Positions 1 through 14,464 of a DNA stretch of 64,000 bases are shown here, in pieces. The position numbers and the translations under genes are program-made. The notes under the pieces are model-generated. The model worked only from the letters and a program-made list of their open reading frames with translations, searched no databases and was not told the origin of the DNA. The number at the start of each line of letters is the position of its first letter. Within the stretch, counting starts at the first letter, position 1. The stretch lies in the NCBI GenBank assembly GCA_964016885.1, contig OZ024742.1, positions 160,828,001-160,892,000 of the forward strand, read 5' to 3'. The DNA comes from Eledone cirrhosa (Eukaryota).

Positions 1-84
1 CCGGTCAGAGGCAACACTAACAACAAAAACATTATTGCCACTAAAACTACCTCAAAGTGTTTAGTTTAAACGATGTCAAATCTA

Positions 85-836
85 AACTATAATATAATAA
101 TTGTTTCTACTTTTGGCACAAGGCCAGCAATTACCCAGTGTATTACTGTTACTTTATTTTATCCACCTCGTAACTATAATATAATAATTGTTTCTACTGT
201 TGGCACAAGGCCAGCAATTACCCAGTGTATTACTGCTACTTTATTTTATCGACCTCGTAACTATAATATAATAATAATAATTGTTTCTATTTTTTTTCTT
301 TCTTTGGCGCAGGGCCAGCAATTGCCCAGAGCATTGCTGGTGCTTTGTCTTTTCGGCCCCGTGGGGATGGAGGGCAAAGTTAACCTCGGCTGATAATAAT
401 AATAATTGTTTCTACTTTTGGCACAAGGCCAGCAATTATTCCAGTGTATTACTGGTACTTTATTTTGTCGACCCCTTAAGGATGAAAGGCAAAGTTAACC
501 TCGGCGGGATTTGAACTCAGTCCATAAAGGGATGTAACTGTGCTGCAAAGCATGGCGTCCGACCCTCTACCGATACTGTCAATCTAATAATTGTTTCTAC
601 TTTAGGCACAAGGCCAGCAATTACCCAGTGCATTACTGGTACTTTATTTTATCGACCCCGTAAGGATGAAAGGCAAAGTCAACCTCGGCGGGATTTGAAC
701 TCAGATCGTAAAGGGACGTAACTATGCTGGAAAGCATGGCGTCCGACCCTCTACCGATACTGCCAATCCACAGCCCTACCGATACTGCCAATCCACAGCC
801 CTACCGATACTGCCAATCCACTGTCAATCTAATAAT
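85..836 (-). mobile_element. Cluster of tRNA-derived SINE copies (family A): tail fragments in tandem (85-391) and two near-full copies (400-575, 592-820)
   Basis: Minus strand has an A-box-like tggcagtatcggtagag and a B box gagttcaaatccc. The 592-820 copy is flanked by the 17-bp direct repeat actgtcaatctaataat (575-591, 820-836). Confidence 0.85.
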
Positions 837-1069
837 GTTAAGCAACAAGTCGAAACAAATTTCAAAAGTTTTGAACGCAACAGCCCTACTTCTCATGAAG
901 CTAAAATCAAAAAATCAGAAATCAACCCAGCACAGCAGCAACGAAAAACGTAAAGAAAAGAAAAACAAACAAACAAACAAAAAAACTAAGTCAGACATTC
1001 AAACATTACATTATAATGAAACTTATGCTTATTTTTTTAAGTTTTCTCCTATTTATTTGTTTATTTATT

Positions 1070-4000
1070 AATGTTCGTCTACAGCGTGATAGTGCCACGC
1101 TAAAATCACCGGGGGAGGGGGGGTGATCAAATCACTGGGGGTGATGAAATCACCGGTGGTTATGTAACCATACATTCACCAATCCTCGATATGAGTGTTT
1201 AAATGTCGAACCTAAACAGTTCGAATAACGGTGAAGTGGAGACTGGAATGTCATGTGACAGACTCTCACCCAGCAGGTGCTCCCTGGCCCAGCAGCAGGG
1301 ACCTGGCTGTCATCCAAATACTGCTGGTGTTGGAGGAAGAAGAAGAAGGAAAGGGACCAGAACCAACTGGACGAAAGAATTGAATAGAACTGTTATGCAA
1401 TGTTACCTGAAGAGTAACTCCAAGGGAAAAGGCTATAGGAAACGGATGGATAACATCTGGAACGAGATTGTCGATTTAAATTAGATGAACAACAATTGGC
1501 TGGGCAGGCTCGGGTAAGAAACTAATGGGTGGATAAGCGAGCTGGAACTGGAGGAACTCAGCAGAGAGATTAGATTGGAAATGGAGAGTGGAGTATGCCA
1601 GGCAAACGAGCCAGTGGGAGATGAAGGTGAAGAGGTTGAGAGAACGGAGGAAGCATCAGAAGCGCAGACAATGATCTGAATGCTGAAATAAATAATACAT
1701 GGAACAAAGATACAGCCATTGAGGAAATAAATGCTGACGGACTAGGACAAAATTTGGTTGATATCCTAAACTTAGTGGTAGATGAAATGAACAATGATAG
1801 TGGGAGACCTATGAACCTAAGATTTGTAGACAGGAAAAAGTTAAAAGAAACAACAGCTAAGGTAAACAAAGTCATCCCATACCTTGAGGCGAGGAGCCTT
1901 CACCAGTGCAACAATATCCTCAAAGCAACAGCAAATGCGGTGAGGAAATTACTTCGCATAAAAGCGAGAGGAAACAACAAACAAGAAAGATCAGAACCTT
2001 GGTGGAAGAAACGACTGAATGGTCAAATCAGGGAATTGAGAAATGACATTGGAAAGCTTGAGTCGCTACTGAATGGGACATTACAAAACATAAACACTAA
2101 AAATAGACTGGAAATAAAGTACAAAACTAGGAGGAAAAAGCTACATATTATCATAGAGGAACTGAAGCAACGCATTGTAGCAAAGAGTGCAAAGATTAGG
2201 CGATGCGAGAGCAGAGTCAGTCAGTATAGACAGAACCGCATGTTTGACAACAACCAGAAGATGTTGTTTGGACAGCTTGAAGGGAAAGAAAGAGGCAACG
2301 ACTTGATCCCTGAGCCGGAACAAACTAAGACATTCTGGGGGGGGGGGGGATATGGGAGCAGGATGTTAAACATAATGACCAGGCAGTGTGGATTGAGACA
2401 GTATAAACGGAGATTAGTGAACAGGCACACCAACAAACTGAATTGAGTATCACAGTTGAAACTCTTAAGAGGCAGGCCAGAAAACTAACCAACTGGAAAT
2501 CACCAGGCCCAGATGGTGTGCAGGGGTATTGGATTAAAAATATAACATTCCTCTACCCGAAACGGACAACCATGTTCAATGAATGCTTGATGTCAGGTGA
2601 GGTACCAGACTGGTTGACAAAAGGTACCACAGTTCTGGTAATGAAAGACCGAACCAAGGGTAATGATGTTACCAACTATAGACCTATCACATGTCTGTCC
2701 GTAATGTGGAAACTGTTAACAAGCATTATGTCTGAGGAAATCTACCATCACCTCCACATAAACAACTTGTTACCGGATGAACAGAAAGGATGCCGAAAGA
2801 AGTCCCGTGGTACAAAGGACCAGTTACTTATTGATAAGATGGTAATTAGGAATTGCAGGAGGAGACACACTGGTCTTGCCATGGGATGGATAGACTACAA
2901 AAAGGAATTCGACATGGTACCTCATTCTTGGATAACCAAAAGCCTAGAGATCTTCAAGGTGGCAGATGACATCAGACAGTTGTTGGGCAAAAGTATGAAG
3001 TCCTGGGAAACAGAATTAACATCGGGCGGAGAATCGTTGGGCGGCGTGAAGATCACGAGAGATATCTTCCAGGGAGATAGTCTGTCCCCTCTGTTGTTTC
3101 TCCTTGCCCTGATGCCCCTGACCAGTGTACTGCGAAAAGTGAGAGCAGGATACAGGTTGGGAAAGGGAGGGCTTACCATCAATCACCTCCTCTTCATGGA
3201 CGATCTTAAGCTCTTCGGGAAGAGTGAGAAGGAGTTGGGTGTGCTTCTTGACACTGTCCGTATTTTCAGCAATGATATATGTATGCAATTTGGTATTAGT
3301 AAGTGTGGAGTCTTTGTGATGAAGAGGGGTAAATTGAGCAGAAGCAATGGAATCCAGGTACCAACAGGTGAGATGATAAAGGAAATTGATACTGAAGAAG
3401 GATACAAATATTTAGGTGTTCTGGAGGCTGATGACATCAAGAACAAAAAAAATGAAGGAATTGATAAGATCTGAATACAATCGGAGAGTAAGGAGCGTAT
3501 TAAAGTCACATCTGAACAGTAGGAATGCCATAAGAGCATTAAATTCCCGAGCTGTGTCTATTATTGGGTACAGTGCGGGAATTCTGAGATGGAATGTTGC
3601 TGAACAAGGAGATCTGAAGGTGGAAGAGGTCTTATCAGTATAGTGTTCAGATGGAGAAAAACAACCTACACAAATACGTGACTTATAGTAGGGAGCCAAT
3701 GCTCAGAATTGTACTGCAGGAGAGGACAATAGACCAGGGGATGTCCAAGGAGGAAATAACAACAAGGAGAAAGAGCAACCTTCATGAAAAATCCCTTCAT
3801 AGTACCTTCTTTGAGAAAACTGAATTTAGAGATCTACAGACATGGAACTGGTTGAAAAGAGGAGACCTTAAAAAGGCTACAGAAGGAATGCTAATGGCTG
3901 CGCAAGAACAGGCCCTCAAAACGAAGTGGCTGAAACACCATATTTACAAGGAGGAGGCTAGCCCACTGTGTAGGATCTGTGGAGAGAGAGGAGACTGTGG

Positions 4001-4581
4001 CTCACATTGTATCCGAGTGTAAACACCTCGTCCAGACTCACTATAAAGGCTGGAGACATGCAAAGTAAACAATTTACCACATTCTGAGAAGTGGTATGAG
4101 CAGAAGCCAGAGTCGGTGATAGAAAATGATCAGGTGAAGGTGCTGTGGGATTTTAGGATACAGACGGACAAGAAACTGGAACACAATAGACCTGACCTGG
4201 TGGTTTTGGACAAGGGAAAAAGATCGTTCCTGATTGTGGATGTAGCCTGCCCATTCGACACGAGAGTGCAAGAGAAGGAGAAGGAGAAAATTAACCGATA
4301 CCAGGACTTAAAGTGGGAGGTAAAAAGGATTTGGAACTGCCATGAGGTCAAAGTGGTCCCGATTGTCATAGGCGCACTTTGTACTATCTCAAAGAGTTTC
4401 CAAGGATGGTTAAAGAAAATTGGTCCCGCCCCGCTTTTTGGAACACTTCAAAAGGCATGCTTGCTGGGAACAGCAAGAACCCTCCGATACGTCCTGAGTA
4501 TCTGATGCTGTAACTAGTGGCTTGATATTCATTTCAACAAACTTTCCAGTTAATAACATCAATGACTGAGACTCAAAGAAC
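1070..4581 (+). mobile_element. R4/Dong-clade non-LTR retrotransposon, near full length, decayed, inserted at a (TAA)n tract
   Basis: Single long frameshifted ORF with RT, CCHC and restriction-like endonuclease. The 3' end abuts (TAA)n at 4582-4611, the known Dong target type. The 5' boundary is approximate. Confidence 0.88.
1203..4505 (+). pseudogene. Frameshifted RT / restriction-like endonuclease polyprotein of the R4/Dong element
   Basis: ORF pieces 1203-1484, 1754-2446, 2443-3474, 3416-3643, 3651-4022 and 4116-4505. Motifs: NWKSPGPDG, YRPITCL, WIDYKK.FD, FQGDSLSP, LFMDDLKL, CRICG..ETVAHIVSEC (across a frameshift), RPDLVV..IVDVACP..EKEKINRY. Confidence 0.9.
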
Positions 4582-4612
<31 letters not shown>

Positions 4613-4645
4613 TATATATATAGTTAAAAATAGGCAAGGATTTAT

Positions 4646-4702
<57 letters not shown>

Positions 4703-4713
4703 TGTGTGTGTGC

Positions 4714-4769
<56 letters not shown>

Positions 4770-5574
4770 GAATTCAATCATTCTTATCATTCTTTAGTGG
4801 TATTTCATTTTACATTTAAACTGAAAATTGGACAGTCCCACAAGATATTTCGAGGTTAATTGTTGTGTTTTGCAGAATTGACGACGGTGATATAATTTAT
4901 TCTAGAAAGCTATCATCTCTTAAATTCTCACTAACACATACATTTATGTGTGTATGCATGTATGTATTGCACGCATTGGATAAATGTAGCACAATCATAT
5001 ATATATATTCTATGTGAAAGTACGCAACCTAACTTCTATATATTGTATGATCTAAATATTAGGGTTTAATACTAATACACTCTAGTACATCTACGCCTAT
5101 GTCTTTACCACCTAGCTGTGTCACATATTCAATTGTCTTTAAATGACCTCAATTTTTTCTACTTCTGCTCTTGCTATTATCTCATGATGATTTTTTTTAA
5201 TGTTGTATCTTTCGTAGTAACAGTCTTAATAGTTAATATACTAGAACTCAGACTTGGTTGTTGTTAGAAGTTGATAACGTGACATAAGAACGTGAACCGA
5301 AAGGCATCGGCATATCAAGACCTTGGGTTTGGATTTTCTCACGATAATTTAAATCATGCCTTGTGGTTTTTCGTTGTGTCTCTTTGCGTTTTGAGTTCAA
5401 GGACCTTCCCAAGTCGATTTTGCTTTTCAACCTTTCAGAGGTTTAGAAAATAAGCAAACTACAATCGTCACTTGAAATCGAAAATAACTTGGTATCATGT
5501 TCAAAGGTATCACTAAGTTTGCCATACAGTTCTGAGCAGTTACTAACACACACTCGGCCCTTCTTAATTTGATC

Positions 5575-5865
5575 CAGCGGAACATAAGTGATGTGAGAGC
5601 TGGAAGGAGAAAAGTGTAGTCTGTGTAATCGGTTTATGTGAAGTAGGGGCTTTAGGCTTCTATGTAGTCACGAGCAGGCACATTGGTTCATCTGGAGGAT
5701 ATCTTTTATTCGACCTCCCTCACGTGAGAGGGTTCCTTCTGAGAGGATCCGCTGGAAAGCCTGCTTGAGGACTCTACCCCTACGAATTTCCCGAGAATAA
5801 GTGGGCGACGAAAGAAGAAGAAGAAGAAGAAGAAGAAGAAGAAGAAGAAGAAGAAGAAGAAGAAG
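5575..5865 (+). mobile_element. Probable 3' end of an RTE-like LINE with (GAA)n tail
   Basis: GC-balanced segment encoding RIRWKACLRTL, which resembles RTE C-termini, followed directly by (GAA)n at about 5809-5865. Confidence 0.4.
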
Positions 5866-6082
5866 CCAAGTATATAAACATCTGAGATATAAAGTTAAAA
5901 CAAAATTTGTAAACTATACAAATTATGGTGTTTACTTATAAAGCTAACAGGGGTCATTATGACATTTTAGCCTCATATACATACATATATATACATACAT
6001 ATTTACATACAAACATACACACACACACACAAATGCGCACACTCACATACATATGTATACACACACATATATAAGACGATTA

Positions 6083-6320
6083 TACGAGGGTTGACTGAAA
6101 AGATCATATGCTGACTATGAAGGAGTAATGCTAGAGCTGTGAAAATTTTGCATGAATTAATTTCAACTTTTTTTATTAGTACTGCATGGTTTCTCTCTAA
6201 ATAAACTGACATCTGACCTTTCAAAGAAGACTTCAAAAGTAACGAGTAGCGAATGGGCTGAAGCACCTACAGAGTTACTTCAACGCCTGATGAGACACTG
6301 GTTCCTGTTCAGAGCTGTGT
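6083..6320 (+). mobile_element. Mariner-type DNA transposon left-end fragment
   Basis: Starts ta|cgagggttgactgaaaagatcatatgctgactatgaagg, homologous to the ends of the MITE at 30119-30320. Confidence 0.6.
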
Positions 6321-6372
6321 TTACCAAGCATTTGATATATGAATGTACAAACACACGTGTATTATTATGGTT

Positions 6373-6556
6373 TTTGGCAGTATCAGTAGAGAGTCGGACG
6401 CCATGCTTTCCAGCATAGAGTTACGTCCCTTTACGGACTGAGTTAAAATCCCGCCAAGGTTAACTTTGCCTTTCATCCTTACGGGGTCGATAAAATAAAG
6501 TACCATTAATGTACTAGGTAATTGCTGGCCTTGTGCCAAAAGTAGAAACAATTATT
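6373..6556 (+). mobile_element. tRNA-derived SINE (family A) with TSD
   Basis: Homologous to 592-820. TSD attattatggtt at 6361-6372 and 6551-6562. Confidence 0.85.
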
Positions 6557-6670
6557 ATGGTTGATGATCCGGCTTGTTTATTCTCGCCATTGCCTGTGGC
6601 TTAACATATTTTAAAGCATTAGATTGAACAAGGCCAAATACTAGAGTCAACTCTTCTTTTCCATTGGTTT

Positions 6671-6691
6671 TCTCTCTCTCCCTCTCTCACA

Positions 6692-6776
<85 letters not shown>

Positions 6777-7312
6777 TCTCTTTCTCGCACACACACACAC
6801 ACTGTCTGTCTTTCTCTTCTCTCTTCTTTCTGATTGAAATCAGCAATTGTCAGACGTGGAGAGGAATAAATTTTGTTAGGTTTTATCATGCCTAAGAAAT
6901 GCCGTATCTGACGACGTTTCTATTACGACTTCATCAGAATTTAAGGGTATCAGTGATCAGTGATTAGATTCAACTAGCCTATATCAGTAATAAGGGAAAA
7001 CGGCAAGCAATTATCTTGACGAAATTAGCTTTTTTCTAATAACATTTATCCGAAGAATAGACGAATTCAAAACAAAACAGAGAAAATGTAATGAAGAGTA
7101 ATACTATATTAATTCTGAGTAAACTTGATGGAAGTTTGTTGACGGAAAAAATAACGTTAAGTCATGTTTTATAAACACAGAGACCGTTATCATAAAACAA
7201 GTTATTGTTTTGAAACGAAAGGGTTAACATTTGAAACAAAAATAAGCCAAGTCACTTCTTGTAATATTGTATAATAGAAATGGAAAAACAGATAGATAAA
7301 TAGATAGATAGT

Positions 7313-7396
<84 letters not shown>

Positions 7397-7408
7397 AAGA
7401 GAGAGAGA

Positions 7409-7465
<57 letters not shown>

Positions 7466-7671
7466 AACTTATTGGTAGGTAGATAAATACATAAATAGAT
7501 AAATAGATATGTTTCTTTATTAGCCACAGGGGCACAAAAGAAGGGGACAAATACAAAGGGGGAAGTTTACATACAATAAAAACGTGTAAAATATTATCAC
7601 AAATGTAATTTAAAAATTAGTCGATTTTCCCCAATAGAGGGGAGACATGATAGCTAAATAGATAGATGGAT

Positions 7672-7740
<69 letters not shown>

Positions 7741-7830
7741 GAGAGAGAGAGAGAAAGCGGGAGAGAGAGAGTGGGAGAGAGAGTGGGAGAGAGAGAGAGG
7801 GAGAGAGAGAGAGGGAGGGAGCGATATATA
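6671..7830. repeat. (CT)n, (TA)n and (GA)n microsatellite blocks interspersed with unique sequence
   Basis: Direct inspection (6671-6800, 7314-7465, 7675-7820). Confidence 0.9.
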
Positions 7831-7919
7831 GATAGACAAATCTGACAAGATACCCGGAAGTTTTCTTATAACCATGTAGAGAGATAGATACTTCAGATAA
7901 GAATATGGAAGTCGTTTTC

Positions 7920-8700
7920 TAAAAACCATAATCACAATTGCTACAACAACCGTGACAGTAAGTATCACCACCACCACCACCACCACAACCACCACCCACA
8001 CCACCACCATCACCACCACACAGAGCACCACAACTCCTTCCGCAATGACAACAACTATCACTGTCAACACCATTACCATGACAGCAACAATCACAACACG
8101 ATTACCACCACCTCTACCACCATGAATAAACCTATTAATTCCTCCACCACTACTACCACAGCATCACTCACAACTACTATCACCGCCATTATCGTCATAA
8201 CAACAACTATCACTCACCATTGCTACCATAACGACTATTACCACCACCACCACTACCAACACTAACACAGCAACAATAACCATCACCAACATCACTGTCA
8301 GAAACAATCACAGCTACATTCCCCCACCACCACCCCCGCCAACACCACAACAACAAAAACAAAAACAAAAATTGCAACAACATAAATAGCAATAACAACA
8401 ACAGTAACAACAAAAACAACTGCAACAACAACAATAGAAATAGCAACAACAGTACCAACAATAAAAACAATAACAACAACACCCAAAACAACAATAGCAA
8501 TAGCATCAAAAAGAATATCAATAACAGCAACAGCTAAAACTACAACAACAACAACAACAACAAAGGCGACGACAACAACAACAACAAAAACAACAATAGC
8601 AATAACAACAAAAACAATATCAACAACAGCAACAGCTAAATCAACAACAACAACAACAAGAACGTAAACGACGACGATAACAACAACACAAGTGACAAAA
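7920..8700. repeat. Degenerate (CAC)n/(CAA)n trinucleotide low-complexity region
   Basis: Direct inspection; explains the poly-Val and poly-Leu ORFs. Confidence 0.9.
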
Positions 8701-8962
8701 CAAGTCGTCAGTGAAAGCGGAAGTGAGCCAAGCGTGTCTATAGAGTGAGTTCCTTACTAATGAAATGAAAAGTAGTGGTGACACCATCAGTCAACGGAAT
8801 GTGAAGTAAATCGCCATGACAGGTAAAAACTGACGGCAATGGGGAGAATATTTAAGTGAACTAGAAGGGAAGAATACCGGAAGTTAACACCAGACGACAG
8901 AAGCGGAAGCGATATGATAGGACGACACATCATATATATATATATATATATACATATATATG

Positions 8963-8999
<37 letters not shown>

Positions 9000-9057
9000 A
9001 TGTGTGTGAAGGAAGTTCTAATATATGTATATATGTGTGTGTGTGTGTCTATATATG

Positions 9058-9123
<66 letters not shown>

Positions 9124-9152
9124 TATATATACATACACACACACACACACAG

Positions 9153-9215
<63 letters not shown>

Positions 9216-9326
9216 TTGTAATAAAATGAAAACGAAATTTCATTTCTCACTCTTAGTACGGCACTTACTTAAATGTAAGTATGTATGTATACGTACATAC
9301 ATATATGTATACAGACGTACTGTATG

Positions 9327-9365
<39 letters not shown>

Positions 9366-9613
9366 TATATATAAGCATGCTACAGTACGTCTGTATACAT
9401 ATATGTATGTACGTATACATACATACTTACATTTAAGTAAGTGCCGTACTAAGAGTGAGAAATGAAATTTCGTTTTCATTTTATTACAACTTATCGTTTT
9501 CGGTACGCCTGGCCGATTTAACTCACTCGATATGCAAATTAGGCTGCTCAGCCGTTAATTTTCATAAGGAAAGTATATACTTTCGAACGTTCAACCATAT
9601 GGCAGAAGGGTAT

Positions 9614-9656
9614 ACGGTGCTGATGATAGCTAACAAGCTTGAAACTAGTACATCGT
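9614..9656 (+). ncRNA. Type I hammerhead ribozyme (minimal, palindromic stem III)
   Basis: acggtg CTGATGA t-agct-aaca-agct-t GAAAC ta GTA catcgt: 6-bp stem I with one G.U, stem II agct/agct, stem III ACTAGT, GUA cleavage triplet. Confidence 0.85.
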
Positions 9657-9807
9657 TCCTGTGTCAGTGTTGAACAAAAAGGTGACGTGGTTGCCTTAAC
9701 ACCGTACGGCATTAATTCAGGCTGTTCAGTTTGTTTACAAACGAACAAAGCGGGCGTTATAATAAGCGTCCGCCTAACTGATACCTACATATATGTATGT
9801 GTACCTG

Positions 9808-9868
<61 letters not shown>

Positions 9869-10107
9869 GCATGCTACAGTACGTCTGTATACATATATGT
9901 ATGTACGTATACATACATACTTACATTTAAGTAAGTGCCGTACTAAGAGTGAGAAATGAAATTTCGTTTTCATTTTATTACAACTTATCGTTTTCGGTAC
10001 GCCTGGCCGATTTAACTCACTCGATATGCAAATTAGGCTGCTCAGCCGTTAATTTTCATAAGGAAAGTATATACTTTCGAACGTTCAACCATATGGCAGA
10101 AGGGTAT

Positions 10108-10150
10108 ACGGTGCTGATGATAGCTAACAAGCTTGAAACTAGTACATCGT
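10108..10150 (+). ncRNA. Type I hammerhead ribozyme (second tandem copy)
   Basis: Identical to 9614-9656. Confidence 0.85.
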
Positions 10151-10301
10151 TCCTGTGTCAGTGTTGAACAAAAAGGTGACGTGGTTGCCTTAACACCGTA
10201 CGGCATTAATTCAGGCTGTTCAGTTTGTTTACAAACGAACAAAGCGGGCGTTATAATAAGCGTCCGCTAAACTGATACCTACATATATGTATGTGTACCT
10301 G

Positions 10302-10349
<48 letters not shown>

Positions 10350-10397
10350 TGCTACTGTACGTCTGTATACATATATGTATGTACGTATACATACATA

Positions 10398-10459
<62 letters not shown>

Positions 10460-10636
10460 GTAAATATTTAAATTATATTTTTTAATTTATTTTAAGAAAT
10501 TGTTTGGATTTTACTTGCTCCGCTTATCTCAATTTTACAGTTCTGGTATGTCAAATTAATACCATGGAACACCACTGTATCATAGACACCCTATATATCT
10601 CCAGGGGTACTTAATGCCTGTGGGGATATTAATCTC

Positions 10637-10714
<78 letters not shown>

Positions 10715-10717
10715 TAT

Positions 10718-11683
<966 letters not shown>

Positions 11684-11769
11684 CCTAACGATCGACTTTA
11701 GTCAAATCGGACCGAAGAAACAATGTTTCCATTGGTCTTTCCAATTGCTAATACTATCTATCGGTCGCA

Positions 11770-11901
11770 AATTCAGATAGAAGAGGCAACGTGAAATAAA
11801 GTGTCTTGCTCAAGGACATAACGCATCGCCCGGTCCAGGAATCGAACTCACAACCTCACGATTGCGAATACAGTTCTCTAACCACTCAGCCACACGCCTT
11901 C

Positions 11902-11903
<2 letters not shown>
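11770..11903 (-). mobile_element. tRNA-derived SINE with CORE-like domain (family B)
   Basis: aagtgtcttgctcaaggaca (reverse complement of a MIR/CORE-like segment) and B box gagttcgattcc on minus. Relatives at 30510-30640 and 51170-51452. Confidence 0.7.
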
Positions 11904-11932
<29 letters not shown>

Positions 11933-13407
11933 TTTATTAAAATAACAGATTAAAGTTTAAGCAAAGAATCGCTGCCTTCACCCTTAACGGGATCTTCTGA
12001 AACGTTTAATAAATATTTGCTCTATGGTTCTTATATATTTTATATATATTTATCCTTATCGAGCCCTCTTGGATTTTAGTCTTCAAATTTATTATTATTA
12101 CTATATATATATAATGGGGCGGGGTGATAAAAACAAAAGCTGCCGCAAGCAACAGTAAATGTGAGAAGATGTGAGGATACAGATTTGTATTTCGAGTTTG
12201 TGTGACTGTTCATCTATCTATCTATCTATTTATCGGTTTTATAGTTTCGACAATGTAGCATATAGAGCTTCTAATAAAAATAATAGAGATTGAAACACAG
12301 ATTATATTAAATTAGAACTTCCTTCTTATTTCAAAAGTTATCTACTCTAATTGAGTGAATGATTATAACAAAATATATATGTATTGATTTTTAGCGCAAG
12401 TACAAGGCGGCAAATGACTCAGTATGTGTTGCAGCTCACTTCGCTCTGGGTTCAAATTCCACCGCGATCAACTTTGCCTTTCCTTCTTTTGAGATAAATA
12501 AAGTACCCGTTTAATACTAGGATCTAATAATTGCTGAAAGAAATTGCCTGTATTCTGACCAGGTGAGGGATGGGCTCCGTGATGTTTAACCTCTTCAGTG
12601 CCATAGACGAGATAACTCATCCTAACATGTTTGAACTCCTTTCCTACATTTCATAACTTCAAAGTTATGAAATCTTTTCCAAAAGTTCATAACTTCAAAG
12701 AAAATTAGGGTTAATAGTTTATTGATGTGACGTTTGTCAATCAAAATAGTCATTTTACTGGAGGAAAAAAACGGCACAGCAACTGTAGCTGTATAAAATA
12801 TACGTGGCAGTCAATACGTTAAAATGCTCAAAACATCAGTAGTTTAGGGACATTTTACCTTAACATAGGTACAAAGTCTGCAATAAGTCGATTTAATTTT
12901 CTGTTTTCTTACCAGTTACAATTTTTATAAATAGATGTTATATGGACCGGCATACTATATATTCATACAATATGTTTATACATAATTGTTCAATTCAAAG
13001 CATTCAATAATAATAAAAATGATTATGAAACGAGTATGTGCATCATGGCCGAATTTTTAAGTTCACATTGTTCTTTGGCAAATATCATTTACCACACTCT
13101 CAGGTCGACCTATGTTTTGTGTTGTGAGTAAAATTTGGTAGACCGAAACTGTTTGAAAGGGCACACCCCACCCCCAACCCCATCGGATAGTAGTACCTGT
13201 AATTCAAAGGGACAACTTTATCCCCCAATATGTAACTCTCTAAGGAGATACGTGTTTGTTAAATCTTTAGCCATTTACACGTTAATTTCTCAAGCAGGTT
13301 TTCTCGTTGATCCAACAACTGGAACTCACATAGTCGAAATCGACGGAGGTCCATTACTATTATGATACGATTAAGGTTGTGAACAACAAATACACATCGG
13401 CAATCAG

Positions 13408-13628
13408 GGCGGTGGATTGGCAGTATCGGTAGAGCGTCGGACTACATGCTTTATGGCATAGTTTTACGGCCCTTTACGTCCTCAGTTCAAATACCGCCGA
13501 GGTTAGCTTTGCCTTTCATCCTTATGGGGTCAATAAAATAAAGTACCAGTCATACCCTGGGGTCGATTTAATCGACTTCCCCTCCACCCGAAATTGCTGG
13601 TCTTGTGCCTGAATCAGAAACCATTATT
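13408..13628 (+). mobile_element. tRNA-derived SINE (family A), full length
   Basis: ggcggtggattggcagtatcggtagag head, cagttcaaatac B box, shared body and attatt tail. Confidence 0.85.
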
Positions 13629-14034
13629 TAAGAAAGCTTTGGTTGGTTCTTTATGTTTTAATTGTATTGTTGTTGCGTGTTTCGAATGTGTTTGCATTCG
13701 AAGTAACTTTTCCTTAAGTCAGTATGGGTAAGCATTAATGATATGCTGCAAACATAAATTATATTTCGACAGACAGATAACAGATGGTGTGTACATTATG
13801 AGTTTTAGGGACATTAATGGTTTCTAAAATGGCTAGATTCGGTCGTAAAACTCTGCAGCACCCAACTGAGCTCATGCAAACAATGCATAAATTTATACAC
13901 ACACACAAACACGCACAAACACACACACATACACACTCATATATATATATATATGCATACACACAAGCACACAAATATATGTATATATATACACATACAT
14001 AATGCACACTCACACACACGCGCACACGCACACA

Positions 14035-14117
<83 letters not shown>

Positions 14118-14464
14118 TATAAAAATAGTAAGTTTGGAAAGCTTCCATTGTTTTGTTCTTTTACTGTTACGGTTGTTATTTTTACTATTCTTGTTTTAGT
14201 TCTTGTTGATGGTGTTGTTATTGTTGTTGTCGTTATTGTTGATGTTGATGTTGTATCCGTAATAAGCTCACTTACTGGTTACTCTTCAAATACAAGTTAT
14301 GTTAAACAATACTTGGGTTAACACATAATAAAATATATGTAATATAATACAATATACTATAATATAACGGTTTCTTATAGCAATATACTATAACATCAAT
14401 AAATATATATATGTGTGTGCATGTATATTATATATATATGTATATACATATATATATATATATA

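Larger units (their letters stand above)
9213..10400 (+). mobile_element. Non-coding hammerhead-bearing element: 494-bp tandem dimer plus inverted and direct partial copies, embedded in (TA)n (retrozyme-like or PLE pLTR)
   Basis: 9376-9811 is repeated at 9870-10305. Its first part is inverted at 9213-9323 and partly repeated at 10346-10400. Each full unit has a hammerhead. Confidence 0.75.

Noticed and set aside
55-86. Second Dong 5' end (atgtcaaatctaaac versus atgtcgaacctaaac at 1203)
   Set aside because: The similarity is too short and AT-rich to support.
6904-6942. Hammerhead on minus (CTGATGA...GAAAC gtc GTC)
   Set aside because: Stem II cannot form and stem I is 2 bp; at most a relic.
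9455-10242. Duplicated 66-72 aa ORFs
   Set aside because: By-products of the 494-bp duplication; no protein motif.
13408-13500. tRNA genes
   Set aside because: The A/B boxes belong to SINE heads; no cloverleaf is evident.
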